Below, in pieces: positions 48,679 to 58,966 of a DNA stretch of 64,000 nucleotides. This DNA is from Candidatus Bathyarchaeia archaeon (GTDB lineage Archaea > Thermoproteota > Bathyarchaeia > Bathyarchaeales > Bathycorpusculaceae), in assembly GCA_038727135.1 (NCBI GenBank), contig JAVYWL010000003.1:64001-128000 (forward strand). The letters are read 5' to 3'. Position 1 is the stretch's first letter. Every line of letters starts with the position of its first letter. The notes under the pieces were generated by a model. The model saw nothing but the letters and a program-made list of their open reading frames with translations, was not told where the DNA came from and made no database searches. A program made the position numbers and the translations under genes.

Positions 48679-49323
48679 ATGGGCATGGCAGCGGATTCCA
48701 GAAAAATAGTTTTCCTAGCGCTTATGGCGGCGTTAGGAAATGTGATGTTTGTTATTTCGCAGACGATTTTTAAGATGACTCAAATAGCCCTAGACTTATC
48801 CCATATTGGAACTTTAATTGCGGCGGTTTATGGGGGCCCATTGGCAGGTTTGGTTGCCGGGCTTCTTGTGGGTATAGGACCTGGAATCTACTTTGGGTAT
48901 GTGGGTGGAAGCCTAGGGCTGCTTGGAGCCTTAGGTTTACCTATAGGAAAAGCGATGACGGGTGTTAGCGTTGGCTATTTGGCGAAGATATTTAGAGTGC
49001 AACATTCGAAAGGCTCTTCTTGGAAGATGACCTTCGCAACTTTGATCGGATATATTCCAGAGTGTATTTATACGCTGTTCTTCTTTATTGTTCTCGTTAC
49101 AATTCTACTTCCAGATGTTGCCGCATTTTTCACATTTATCTTCGGTTCAATATGGGCGCTAGCACTTTCAGTTTTAGCCAAAGCATGGGTTGAAATGGCT
49201 TTGCTGGGATTTTTCATGGGAGCGCTCGTTGGAAACAGCGGTTTTAACGATTTTGTGGGCCGTGTCTTCATGAAAACTTTTACAGTTCAAAAAATTCAAA
49301 CAAAAGGCAAAGAGAAAAACTAA
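48679..49323 (+). CDS. ECF transporter S-component-like membrane protein
   Basis: ALMAALG...DLSHI..LIAA.YGGP..G..G; about 6 TM helices. Confidence 0.7.
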   Translation: MGMAADSRKIVFLALMAALGNVMFVISQTIFKMTQIALDLSHIGTLIAAVYGGPLAGLVAGLLVGIGPGIYFGYVGGSLGLLGALGLPIGKAMTGVSVGYLAKIFRVQHSKGSSWKMTFATLIGYIPECIYTLFFFIVLVTILLPDVAAFFTFIFGSIWALALSVLAKAWVEMALLGFFMGALVGNSGFNDFVGRVFMKTFTVQKIQTKGKEKN

Positions 49324-50285
49324 CCTAACTCAAAGGATTTCGTTAGGGCATCAGGATTAATCTTTCCAGCCGTGAAAGTTTTTCCGGTTCTAATGTTGTT
49401 TATGGTTATTTTTGCTGGTGCGAATATGTTTGGGTCTATTTTGTAGAAGTCGTAGTTGGCGGCTTTGAAAATTTCTAGGAAGGGCTTGCCATAGTCTTTT
49501 GACGATTTGGACGGAGCTTGTTCTACTATCTTGGCTAGCTCGTCTTCGTTTTCATAGTCAACTATGTAGTGAGTTACTCCTCCATATAGGATGGCGTCGT
49601 TGGTTCTAGCCATGGCTTTGACAAATTTTGGGTGCGTTGGCGGTATTGGAGCAGAGCCCCAAGCATAAAGAATAGCGTTAGGGTTAAAGCCCAACTTTGT
49701 GAGTTTATGGATTCCAGTTTCAACTATTCTTCCGGCTACTTGTGTTGCTCCGGCTAGGCTTGCTGTGGGGGTTAGTATTAATGCCAGGTTTTCGTATTGG
49801 ATGTGGCAGTCTTCAGCCAGCCTTCGCATGAGCTTTTCAGGCGGCATTTTGTCGGTTTCCAAGACCACTATGGCTTTGTCAAACTTGTCTTTATAGCCTA
49901 TCTTCTCATAAATTTCCTTTGGTTTTTGGGCTAGGGCTCTTGCGGGTCCGGAGCCTATGGCGAAGTAGTCACCCTCCTTAATGTTCCATCCTGCAAACTG
50001 CGAACCCAAAGTGGCTATGGCTGGATGGTCTGTGTAAACAAATATTGTTGGAAGCTCGAATTCACCATACTGCCAAAAGCCTATAGTGGCTTTTCCACAC
50101 CCGCCCATGCAGATTTCCGTTATAATCTTGCCGGCTTGAAAGCCGCCTTTCGCTTTTATTCCAGCATCCACAACTGTGGCGCCGCATTCCGCCTTTTCAA
50201 CCTTTACGCCGTAAAATTCTGGGTTTCCACAAAGTTTTTCCAGCAGCCTCCATGCCAAACGGTTTACACTTAATCCGCCTTTCAT
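49320..50285 (-). CDS. mch: Methenyltetrahydromethanopterin cyclohydrolase
   Basis: SVN, SQFAGW, GSGPARAL, RIVETG.HK, TND..LYGG, FYKID..IFAP. Confidence 0.95.
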   Translation of the reverse strand: MKGGLSVNRLAWRLLEKLCGNPEFYGVKVEKAECGATVVDAGIKAKGGFQAGKIITEICMGGCGKATIGFWQYGEFELPTIFVYTDHPAIATLGSQFAGWNIKEGDYFAIGSGPARALAQKPKEIYEKIGYKDKFDKAIVVLETDKMPPEKLMRRLAEDCHIQYENLALILTPTASLAGATQVAGRIVETGIHKLTKLGFNPNAILYAWGSAPIPPTHPKFVKAMARTNDAILYGGVTHYIVDYENEDELAKIVEQAPSKSSKDYGKPFLEIFKAANYDFYKIDPNIFAPAKITINNIRTGKTFTAGKINPDALTKSFELG

Positions 50286-50299
50286 GGCTTAACCCCATT

Positions 50300-51127
50300 T
50301 TAGAGAAGTTTTTCATAGTGGCTTAGGTGGGGGTTCGGCTCTTTTGCGACAAAAAGCCTTCCACGACCGTTTTCCGTCAAATCTCCAAGGAACAAGTAGA
50401 AAGGCGCTTCCACAACTTCACCCTCTTCTATTTTAACCCTCTTCCTTATGCCCTCAATTGTGAATGTGGGGAGAACGGATTCCAAGAAGCCTTTGACAAC
50501 TATTGTCCCGTCTATCATGCATGCTCCAGCTCTTCCACCGCAGTCTTTCTGCACGTAAATTGTGCCGCCATGCATCCTGAAACCCACAAACTGTCCGGCA
50601 TTCCCATAAATCTTTATCAAACCTTTCTTCATGTGGGCTCCGGCTTCGCTTCCAACGTTTCCATACACAATTATTTTTCCACCTTTCATTCCTTCAGTGC
50701 TTCCACGGTACGGCGCACCTAAATAGTCACCGGCATTTCCGTGAATCTCTATCGTCCCGCCCTTCATCATGGAGCCAGCCCAACCCAAAACATTGCCGTA
50801 AACGGTTATTTTTCCACCACGCATTTCTTCGCCCAGGTGCATGCCAGCGTCGCCTTTAACAACCATCTCGCCGCTTTTCATCCCAGCGCCTATTCGCCTA
50901 ACGCGGCTCACATCACCATGAATAGTTATCACGGTGGCTTCAGATTTGCCTTCTTCCTTTGCCACTTCAACTTTGAAGAGTTCTCCAAGTTTTTTCTGTT
51001 TGTTCCCCTCCCAAACCTCCAGCCCCTCAATTTCTTTTGGCTTTTTCCCTTGGAAAATGTCTGGGTTTATGCATTCAGCCGTTATTGGCAGTTTAAACTC
51101 TTTTAACGGGTATAGGTTTACCAACAT
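50300..51127 (-). CDS. fwdC: Formylmethanofuran dehydrogenase subunit C
   Basis: GxxMxGGxI beta-helix repeats. Confidence 0.93.
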   Translation of the reverse strand: MLVNLYPLKEFKLPITAECINPDIFQGKKPKEIEGLEVWEGNKQKKLGELFKVEVAKEEGKSEATVITIHGDVSRVRRIGAGMKSGEMVVKGDAGMHLGEEMRGGKITVYGNVLGWAGSMMKGGTIEIHGNAGDYLGAPYRGSTEGMKGGKIIVYGNVGSEAGAHMKKGLIKIYGNAGQFVGFRMHGGTIYVQKDCGGRAGACMIDGTIVVKGFLESVLPTFTIEGIRKRVKIEEGEVVEAPFYLFLGDLTENGRGRLFVAKEPNPHLSHYEKLL

Positions 51128-52818
51128 TACACATCAGCCTTTACGGTTATTGGTTGGGAAATTGCCAAATAATCCTCACTTACCGGATAGTTCTCAAACT
51201 CAACAGTCCAATACTCTTTAAACCGCCTTTTCATTTCCTCTGTTATTTTCGCCTCTTCGCTGGTTTTCACGTTCAGCCACATGGTTGCCCCATCAACATG
51301 CTTCAAAACCTCGCCATCCTTAACAACTACTTGTCCACTTTTGATGGTGTAGGCTGCCCTTTTGAAAGCCCTCCTTAAAGCCTTATACTTCTTCGATGGG
51401 TCCATGGTTTCTGGGTTAAAGTTGTATATGGCTATGTCAGCGTCTGCGCCGACGCCCAAGTGTCCCTTGTTTTTAAGCCCTAAGGCTTTGGCTTGCCCCG
51501 CTCTCGTCACTATGGCTATTTCATAAAAGCTTAACTCGCGGTCTATTGTTGGGAGGAGGCTTCTACTTCTGGCTTTTGGATTAATCTTTTTGAGGGTGGC
51601 TTCTCTGGCTTTTCTGCTCATAAGCCAAGCCACAATCCTCGGATAAGCGATAAATGGTCCGCCGTTCGGGTGGTCTGTTGTCATTAAAATTTTCCAGGGG
51701 TCTTTTATTAGTAGGGCTAGTTCTAAGCCTATTGACCACTGGGTTGCGTGAACATAGCTTTTCCTCTTGTAGTGGAATGGTACGATTCCGGCGCTGGTTT
51801 CTGTTTCCACATCGTGGTTTACCCACTTGTTCCCGCTTAACGTGTAGAGTATGTATTGGAATGGACCGTCAGCCGTCATTGTCGTTGTGTCTGTAAATAT
51901 TACCTGTCCCATGTCCATTGTCACGTGGGAATGGGCGTTAACGTAGTTGGCTATCTCTTCTGCTCCGGACTCGAAGGTTCTCCAGTCGTCACCCTTAAAG
52001 GCGCTGAACTGACAGTGGGTTATGTGGATTACAGGTTTGCCATCTTCGGCTAAATCCTCCACGCATTTCATTGTTTCTAGGGCTGTCACATAATTGCCCG
52101 GCTTTCCAAGGTTGTTTGTGTGCACATGAATTGTGTGGGGCAGGTTTAGAAGCTTATTAACCTTGCATAGTCCGCGTATAATCTCGCGGGGTGTTATCCC
52201 AAAATATGGGACTTGGTCGTCTATGCTGTTTACGTTGCGTCCAAAACCCCAAGCCTCAAGCCCGCCTGGGTTGACAAGTTTTATTGCGTAGCCCTTGGTT
52301 GCCTTCATCATCCATGCTACGTGGCGGGCGCATTCCTCTATTTTACCATCCCTTAAATATTCGAGGACAAACCACCAGTCGCCGAGGAGCGGGTAACTAG
52401 CCTTATCAATTATGGGAGTGTCGCTTAACTCCTCATGGGTGTGCTTCGCCTCCAGTGGTGGCATGGCTGGGTCCATAACTGTTGTCCAGCCCATCCTTGC
52501 ATAACGGTAGCCAGTTGTAAAAGTTGATGGAATAGAATAGCCAACACCAGACCTTGTTACGGCTGTTTTGCGTTCAAAATCCTTGAAGTGGTCTTCTGGG
52601 CGGAGCAGTCTTCCAGCGTTCACTTTTCCGCCTGCTATGTGGCTGTGGATGTCAACCCCACCCGGCATGACAACCATCCCAGAAGCATCAATCTTCTTGG
52701 CGCGGCGCTCGTTGACCTTCTTGACTATTTTGCCGTCTTTTACGGCTATGTCCATTTTTTCTCCGTCAACGTCGTTAATAGGGTCGTAAACAAGCCCGTT
52801 TCGTATTAGAAGCTCCAT
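51127..52818 (-). CDS. fwdA: Formylmethanofuran dehydrogenase subunit A
   Basis: DIHSHIAG, KLVNPGG, TTDHPNGGPF. Confidence 0.95.
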   Translation of the reverse strand: MELLIRNGLVYDPINDVDGEKMDIAVKDGKIVKKVNERRAKKIDASGMVVMPGGVDIHSHIAGGKVNAGRLLRPEDHFKDFERKTAVTRSGVGYSIPSTFTTGYRYARMGWTTVMDPAMPPLEAKHTHEELSDTPIIDKASYPLLGDWWFVLEYLRDGKIEECARHVAWMMKATKGYAIKLVNPGGLEAWGFGRNVNSIDDQVPYFGITPREIIRGLCKVNKLLNLPHTIHVHTNNLGKPGNYVTALETMKCVEDLAEDGKPVIHITHCQFSAFKGDDWRTFESGAEEIANYVNAHSHVTMDMGQVIFTDTTTMTADGPFQYILYTLSGNKWVNHDVETETSAGIVPFHYKRKSYVHATQWSIGLELALLIKDPWKILMTTDHPNGGPFIAYPRIVAWLMSRKAREATLKKINPKARSRSLLPTIDRELSFYEIAIVTRAGQAKALGLKNKGHLGVGADADIAIYNFNPETMDPSKKYKALRRAFKRAAYTIKSGQVVVKDGEVLKHVDGATMWLNVKTSEEAKITEEMKRRFKEYWTVEFENYPVSEDYLAISQPITVKADV

Positions 52819-54272
52819 TAGGCTTTAGCCTCCTTCCTTTTTATCCTTCTAACTTCAGCCAAAATCCGCCTCAGAATCTCCTCGTCTGGAAGAATGCCCC
52901 TCGGTGGGTTCACCACCTTCTTTAGAGGTATGGGCACGTGGTCCATGCGGTAGGCTGTTCCAGAAGCTTCTATGCCCACAAAAGCCGACGGGATAAGCAC
53001 GTCAGCCATTTGAGCTGTCACATTCATGTGGGGGTCGATAACTATTAAGGGGTTTTCCACCAAGTGTTCAGCCGCTTTTCGTGGGAAATTTGAAACTGGG
53101 TCTGAAGCCACTATTAGAGCGGCATCAGACTCCTTCCGCAATAAAACGTCGACAACTGATGTTTCGCCGGGATTGTACCTTGGATAGCCAAGCGAAAAGT
53201 CCACTGCGTATGGGTAGCCCGTCTGCCAAGTAAAAACCGTGTTGGCGCCAGTCACATTGAAGTGCCCCCGCATGGGCATTATGACAAATTTTGTTCTCAT
53301 GTTTAGGTCCCGCACCAATGAAAGCGCCGCGTCTATGTTTCGCAGTTTGCCACTACTCATTGTTAAGCCAAGCCCAAAGAACAAGGCGCCGAAATCGCAG
53401 CTAACCATGGCGTCAGCTACCTCCTCCAAATACTCCACGGGTACACCGGCTACCTTGTCAACTTCCAGTTCTTGGTCGCGGACTAGCGCCCTAAAAGCTT
53501 GCAAAAGCTCATAATCCTTGTTGGGCTCGACTTGCACGAAGTAGTCTGCGATTTCAGCCGTTTTTGTTCGCCTGACGTCAATCACTATGAGTTTTCTTCC
53601 TTCCTTGGCTATTGATGGGTAAGGCTTATACTCGGAAACTGGTGGAGAGACGGGCGCCGGCTTTTTGAAGAACAGCCGTTTAATGGCGCTTTGAACCTTT
53701 TTCCTTCCAACAAGAGCCTTAACTTTGTTCACGTAGCTTCTCCATGCGCTCTTCTCAAATCTTCCCTCCGAGAAGGCTGTGTAACGCTCTATGTGCCTCG
53801 GATGGGCGCTCCACGGATTGCTTCCCCAATAAACGATTAAGTCAGCCCTATGCCTAATCTGCCCCAAAGTGCACGATGGAATTCCCACATCTTGAATGCT
53901 CAAAATTGATGGACCGTGACAGACAACAGCAGTATTGTCTATTACTCCACCCACCTCTTCGGCGAGTTCTATGCCAACGCTTATGGCTTCACAGCTTGTG
54001 CTGCTCCAGCCATAAAGCACCGGATAGTTGGCTTCAGCCAATATTTCGGCAGCCCTTCTAATAGCCTCTTTAAGGGTTGTCTTAACAAGTTCGCCATTTT
54101 TCCTTATCATTGGTTTTAAAACACGATGCTCGCCACAGTAGCCCAAAAACTTGGCTTCACACATGGCACAGCCATTCTTAACTTTGACGATGCGTCCATT
54201 CTCAACAGTTAGTTCTATGTCGTCGCATAGGCTTCCACAAACGGGGCAAGTTACAGCCTTAACAACTGGCAT
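52818..54272 (-). CDS. fwdB: Formylmethanofuran dehydrogenase subunit B (Cys form)
   Basis: CPVCGSLCDD, VCHGP, HPRH, MRGHFNV, GTAYRMD. Confidence 0.95.
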   Translation of the reverse strand: MPVVKAVTCPVCGSLCDDIELTVENGRIVKVKNGCAMCEAKFLGYCGEHRVLKPMIRKNGELVKTTLKEAIRRAAEILAEANYPVLYGWSSTSCEAISVGIELAEEVGGVIDNTAVVCHGPSILSIQDVGIPSCTLGQIRHRADLIVYWGSNPWSAHPRHIERYTAFSEGRFEKSAWRSYVNKVKALVGRKKVQSAIKRLFFKKPAPVSPPVSEYKPYPSIAKEGRKLIVIDVRRTKTAEIADYFVQVEPNKDYELLQAFRALVRDQELEVDKVAGVPVEYLEEVADAMVSCDFGALFFGLGLTMSSGKLRNIDAALSLVRDLNMRTKFVIMPMRGHFNVTGANTVFTWQTGYPYAVDFSLGYPRYNPGETSVVDVLLRKESDAALIVASDPVSNFPRKAAEHLVENPLIVIDPHMNVTAQMADVLIPSAFVGIEASGTAYRMDHVPIPLKKVVNPPRGILPDEEILRRILAEVRRIKRKEAKA

Positions 54273-54275
54273 CCA

Positions 54276-54683
54276 TCAACCCTTCCTAAAAACTGTTTTG
54301 AGAAGCTCCTCCAAGCCTAGAACTGGCTTGTCTGGGGCTGGCTCCACAGAAGCTGGAATCCCCTTGAAAGAGGGCATACCAATGCCATTGGTTTCAGGGT
54401 CGACAACAACATTCGCCCAAGGACCATAAGGGATAAAGACCACGCCTTGGTGCGGTACCCTCAAAGATTTCTTGGCTTTAACCACAACTGAGCCAAAAGC
54501 CGTTGAAACTTGAATGTTGGTTCCATCTCTTATGCCAAGCCTTTTCATATCCTCTGGGTCCATATAGCAAACGGATACGCTTTCCACATACTCTTTTGAG
54601 GATTTTCCCCGCTCTTTTCCGGCACCCTGCTCTATTGTACGTCCAGTCAACAAGGTGACCTTCAGCTTAGGCTTCTCTTCCAT
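54276..54683 (-). CDS. fwdD: Formylmethanofuran dehydrogenase subunit D
   Basis: LLTGRTIEQG, FIPYGPWAN, GMPSFKG. Confidence 0.93.
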   Translation of the reverse strand: MEEKPKLKVTLLTGRTIEQGAGKERGKSSKEYVESVSVCYMDPEDMKRLGIRDGTNIQVSTAFGSVVVKAKKSLRVPHQGVVFIPYGPWANVVVDPETNGIGMPSFKGIPASVEPAPDKPVLGLEELLKTVFRKG

Positions 54684-54760
54684 CGGTTAACCTCAACATT
54701 TGCACATTAACGCCAAACATTTCTTGAAAGCTACATACAGAAAACTCAATCCTAATTAAT

Positions 54761-55726
54761 TTATCCCTTCCTAACATTAAGAATAATTGTGCGAATTAAC
54801 CAGCTATTTGGCGGAATTGGTGGTTGTGGTGGAGACCCCTCCGGAGGAGGCGTAAATTTGGGATGCTCTTCGCCTAGAGGTGATTTTTCAAGTGCTAGTC
54901 TTTCCGCCTTCCTCTTTCGGTAAACATGTATTGCAAAGTATACAAGCATAGCTCCTACGAGTATGAGTACCGAGTAAATGAATGTTGTTAAAGCGTAAGT
55001 GACATAAGTAAAACGCACATTTGAGGTATTATATGTAAATACTATACTGTAAGATAGCGTTCGAGGATAGCCAGATTCCACATAATTAACCGTCCAATAC
55101 TGTCTATCCTCTAACATGAGCCCAGTTTCCCGATCATATATTATTTCAAGCCTTCCATAGTAATCAGCGGATATTATACTTCCATAAAGTGAGATGTCCC
55201 GGGAGCAGCCAAACTCTATATTACTTGCCACTAATGTGTTGAAGAATAGCCATCCATAACACCTTAAGCCTGAATCAGACAAAGTAACTGTCTGATTAAG
55301 AATTTTCACCGCGTCTCCAGGGTTGTGCCCCTCACCAATCCATAAATCAAAGTATTCGCCATGAGGTGGAATTTCCAGCGTAGGCAAGAGTTCTTCAACA
55401 AAGATTGCGGAGCGGTTGATTAGGCTTACATAAAATGTCATCGACGTTGAGGCTGTTCCTGCCATTATAAGCCTTTCTGTAGCCTCAATGTATGTCTCAT
55501 TTATAATGTTGCTAGTGCTCAACTCAAATCGTCCCTGTAGAGAATACCCTAGAACATTTACAGTGTAAGAATATTCAACACGCAAAAACGGGAAAGGCAC
55601 AGTTTGCCTTCCTACGGCAAGAGCGTAGGGAAGAAGCATAACTAGAAAAGTTTCTGAAAGAATGATGAATATGAAAATTTTACTGCGAGACAATATGCTC
55701 ACCAAACCTCTCAAAAACCCTGCCAA
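54761..55726 (-). CDS. Membrane-anchored extracellular hypothetical protein
   Basis: Signal peptide, YDRETGLMLE, C-terminal TM + Pro-rich tail. Confidence 0.7.
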   Translation of the reverse strand: MAGFLRGLVSILSRSKIFIFIILSETFLVMLLPYALAVGRQTVPFPFLRVEYSYTVNVLGYSLQGRFELSTSNIINETYIEATERLIMAGTASTSMTFYVSLINRSAIFVEELLPTLEIPPHGEYFDLWIGEGHNPGDAVKILNQTVTLSDSGLRCYGWLFFNTLVASNIEFGCSRDISLYGSIISADYYGRLEIIYDRETGLMLEDRQYWTVNYVESGYPRTLSYSIVFTYNTSNVRFTYVTYALTTFIYSVLILVGAMLVYFAIHVYRKRKAERLALEKSPLGEEHPKFTPPPEGSPPQPPIPPNSWLIRTIILNVRKG

Positions 55727-55917
55727 TAAAAGGATAAAGCGTATACCCGTTGATCATGATGAACAATGACAATCCCATCAAACACGCATTTTAAATAAAT
55801 ATCATACACATCAGCTTTAAATTTATCCTAACAGTCATTCCCAAAAACCAACAAAGGGTTCCTGGAAGGAGAGAAAAGCCAATAGCATACCACCCCTATC
55901 GTTTTCCGTCTTTCACA

Positions 55918-56868
55918 TTATGGTCTATAACCGCTCAACACAGCCAGTGCTAAGGCGGCGGCAATGATGTCTGCTGTTGTTCCCGGATTCAATAGATTGC
56001 TTTCCTTTCTTAGCATAGCGTCAAATTGGCGGAGCTTCTCCCCTCCAACGACTGTTTTGAGTCCACCGCTTTTCAGAACTTCTTCAGCCATGGCTGAGAC
56101 TTCGCAAGCTCTCTTAAGCCCGACTTTTCTTGCAATGAAGGTGTCTGGATGCTTGGCTAAAACAGCGAGGAAAGTGTGAATTATCGCCGTGTTTAAGTCT
56201 CCGTCTTCCTTAAGATTTCGCATCAACATTGGATAGGCATGTTCGAAGGTTACTGGGTAGTTGTTAACCCATTCTGAGCAAACCATGTCATAAGATGATG
56301 CTATTTTGAAAACTTGATAAAGCGAGATCTTCTCATCAATTATGCGTTTTATGGAATTTGGGTCGTTAACGTCTAGATCTGGAGCTTTTCCCAAACCGCT
56401 GGGCTTGGCAGTCCTAACAGCTTCGTATACTGCAACGGCGTCTTCAGGCGTTGTTGCTTCAACAACCCCTTTCAGATTTTGTCTTAAAATGGAAGGGTCG
56501 AAAGTTCCTTTTTCCATGGGGGTCATGCCAGCCGCCACAGCTAAAGGCGTAAAAAGTATTACTGTGCCAAGTAATGTATTGCCTCCGCTCTGCCAAGCAT
56601 TAATGTCAGCTACACAGTCTCTAATGATTCTTCCAACACCTACGTCTTCTAAAGCCAATTCGCCCTTTGAAACAGCCATACCCCGTTCGGCGGCCAACCT
56701 AAAATGGGGAGCCGCCGCCACAGCAGAAGCCAAAAAATGCATGTGATTTGTGCCCTCAAAACCAACAACCAAATTCACGTTTCCAGGCTTGTCAGCACTA
56801 ACCTCCAAGAGAATGGCCAACTCCAAACAACGCGAAACGTGCTCAGCCTTGTTGAAAGGGAAAGCCAT
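55918..56868 (-). CDS. CitG-like triphosphoribosyl-dephospho-CoA synthase family protein
   Basis: LEVSADKPGNV, NTLLG, DTFIARK, NPGTTAD; start MAFPF (56868). Confidence 0.85.
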   Translation of the reverse strand: MAFPFNKAEHVSRCLELAILLEVSADKPGNVNLVVGFEGTNHMHFLASAVAAAPHFRLAAERGMAVSKGELALEDVGVGRIIRDCVADINAWQSGGNTLLGTVILFTPLAVAAGMTPMEKGTFDPSILRQNLKGVVEATTPEDAVAVYEAVRTAKPSGLGKAPDLDVNDPNSIKRIIDEKISLYQVFKIASSYDMVCSEWVNNYPVTFEHAYPMLMRNLKEDGDLNTAIIHTFLAVLAKHPDTFIARKVGLKRACEVSAMAEEVLKSGGLKTVVGGEKLRQFDAMLRKESNLLNPGTTADIIAAALALAVLSGYRP

Positions 56869-56964
56869 CGAACATTGCACCTTTACTGTATAGCTTGCAT
56901 GGAAAGGCTTATTAACGTTGTGTAAAAAATTACACAGCAATTACCAAAAATACATAAGGAAGAG

Positions 56965-57927
56965 TTGAAAATGCAAAAGTTAAAAGTGTCTGCCCGTGAA
57001 ATAGCCCTAACGGCAATCTTTGCGGCTCTATCGTGGACTGTTTCAGAATTTGTTCCGGGAATTCCGATAATAGGCGCTTCTGGTTCAAGTATAAGCTTCG
57101 ACGCCTCGCTGGCGCCCATCTACGGCGTAATTGTCGGACCATATTTGGGGTTTCTTGCAGCCGTGATCGGTGGTTTAGCTGCAGCTGGAAACCTCTTTAC
57201 GATTTTAACATCCTTCTGCACTGGCATATCGGCGTTTGTTGCAGGAATGTTAACAACCAAAAAAGTGGGTAAAACAATTCATGGATGGACGTTTTCAGCG
57301 GTTGCCATCGCAATACTTTTGGCAGGCTGGTATTCCACGGATATTGGTCGAGCGGCACCATTTTATCCGATTCCCCATATCACGGGACTGTTGATGGTGC
57401 TTATTGCTAGGGGATGGATTGCCGACAAAATTGTAGAGGAAAAAGAAGAAAAACTGGTTAAAAAATTGAAGACGGACTATATGGCTTGGGGCATGATTTG
57501 CCTATTGATAGGGATAACATGCTACTTCACTTACACAGATATTGGAAAATTATTTGAAACCATGGAAATTCTCAAAGTTTTGCCATTTCTCACTTACGCC
57601 ATGCTCATAATCGGAGCGTTCTCGATAATTTACGGATTCTTCAGCTGGATTAAACCAGGATTTGTGACGGCTACAGCCATAGCGTGCTACTGTGGAATCA
57701 TTGCAGACCATATGCTTGGCAACTTAATATTTTTGGGTATGATGGATGTTGTTGCTCCTGCATTGAAGAGCGCGCCAAGCGAGTTTATAGCGGGCATATT
57801 TATGATGGTGCTTCCGATATCAGTTATTGAAAGAACGTTGTTTACAGCTATTGCCACAACAATTGCGGTGGCTCTCTTGCCAACTTTACGGAAAGCTGGG
57901 CTCACATACAGAAAGAGCGAAATATAA
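56965..57927 (+). CDS. ECF S-component-like membrane protein
   Basis: IALTAIFAAL...APIYGVIVGPYLG; many TM helices. Confidence 0.7.
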   Translation: MKMQKLKVSAREIALTAIFAALSWTVSEFVPGIPIIGASGSSISFDASLAPIYGVIVGPYLGFLAAVIGGLAAAGNLFTILTSFCTGISAFVAGMLTTKKVGKTIHGWTFSAVAIAILLAGWYSTDIGRAAPFYPIPHITGLLMVLIARGWIADKIVEEKEEKLVKKLKTDYMAWGMICLLIGITCYFTYTDIGKLFETMEILKVLPFLTYAMLIIGAFSIIYGFFSWIKPGFVTATAIACYCGIIADHMLGNLIFLGMMDVVAPALKSAPSEFIAGIFMMVLPISVIERTLFTAIATTIAVALLPTLRKAGLTYRKSEI

Positions 57928-57937
57928 GCTGATAGTA

Positions 57938-58966
57938 ATGATGTCGAAAATGCAGCCAGCAGAAGGCTTTTTAATAGAGTCTGTTGAGGGCATAATCTTT
58001 GACGTGAAGGGACTAGTTCACCCGCCAAGCAAGATAATAGCTTTTCCCCGCTTTGTTCCAGATAAAAAAGGTTCTCGCATCCGCAACGGCGTTATGTACA
58101 GCAAAGTTTATGGAATTTCTGAAAGGTTCGCTTTTCTCGGAAGGACTATTCCAAATTATGTTGTTCACGACCCGATTTTTGACGATAAGCTATGTGAAGT
58201 TCCGCTGGAAAATGTAAAAAAGGTTTACAGTCCAATTGAGGGCTTGAAGAGGCTTAGGGAAAGCGAAAGCCTCGATGGTTTGGAAAAGGCTGCTTTGCAA
58301 TGTCTAGAAATTTTGAAAAAAGAGGCAGGAGTGCCGTGGAGCAAGCTTGGGATTTCTGGTTCGGTTTTGGTTGGCTTGCATACTGATGCCTCTGACATAG
58401 ACCCAGTTGTTTATGGCGCTGAAAACTGCCGGAAAGTGCACAGTGCCTTAAAGAGGTTGCTTGAGGAAGGTGACACGCCTTTCAAGCCTTACAGTTTGGA
58501 GGATTTGCGGAGGCTTTTCGCTTTCCGTTCGAAAGACACCATTATGAGCTTCGAGGACTTCGTAAAGGTCGAATCCAGAAAGGTTTTCCAGGGCAAGTTC
58601 ATGAATAGAGACTATTTCATCCGTTTCGTGAAGGACTGGAATGAAATAGGCGAAAAGTATGGTGATATCCGCTATAAGAATTGTGGCTATGCGAAGGTTG
58701 AGGCCGTGGTTGTTGATGATGCTGAAGCCATATTCACACCATGCACATACAAAGTTAAAGACGTAAAAGTTGTTGAGGGACCAAAAATCGAACCAATAAG
58801 GGAAATTGCATCTTTTCGTGGAAGGTTCTGCCAACAAGCAAGTGAAGGTGAGAGTGTCATGGCGCAGGGAAAACTTGAACATGTGACGGACCGCAGAAGT
58901 GGCGAGGAATACTTTAGGCTACTTCTTGGAAACAAGCCAACAGACTACATGATTTTAAAAAGTTAG
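57938..58966 (+). CDS. Predicted nucleotidyltransferase (COG1665-like), paralogue 1
   Basis: GISGSVLVG...SDIDPVVYG; C-terminal OB-like region. Confidence 0.8.
   Translation: MMSKMQPAEGFLIESVEGIIFDVKGLVHPPSKIIAFPRFVPDKKGSRIRNGVMYSKVYGISERFAFLGRTIPNYVVHDPIFDDKLCEVPLENVKKVYSPIEGLKRLRESESLDGLEKAALQCLEILKKEAGVPWSKLGISGSVLVGLHTDASDIDPVVYGAENCRKVHSALKRLLEEGDTPFKPYSLEDLRRLFAFRSKDTIMSFEDFVKVESRKVFQGKFMNRDYFIRFVKDWNEIGEKYGDIRYKNCGYAKVEAVVVDDAEAIFTPCTYKVKDVKVVEGPKIEPIREIASFRGRFCQQASEGESVMAQGKLEHVTDRRSGEEYFRLLLGNKPTDYMILKS

Noticed and set aside
52818-54272. Selenocysteine-containing FwdB
   Set aside because: The active-site position is Cys (VCHGP) and there is no in-frame TGA.
55850-55900. Third copy of the structured intergenic motif (GAAGGAGAGAAAAG)
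   Set aside because: Short match only; no enclosing stem or AAAAATA hairpin.
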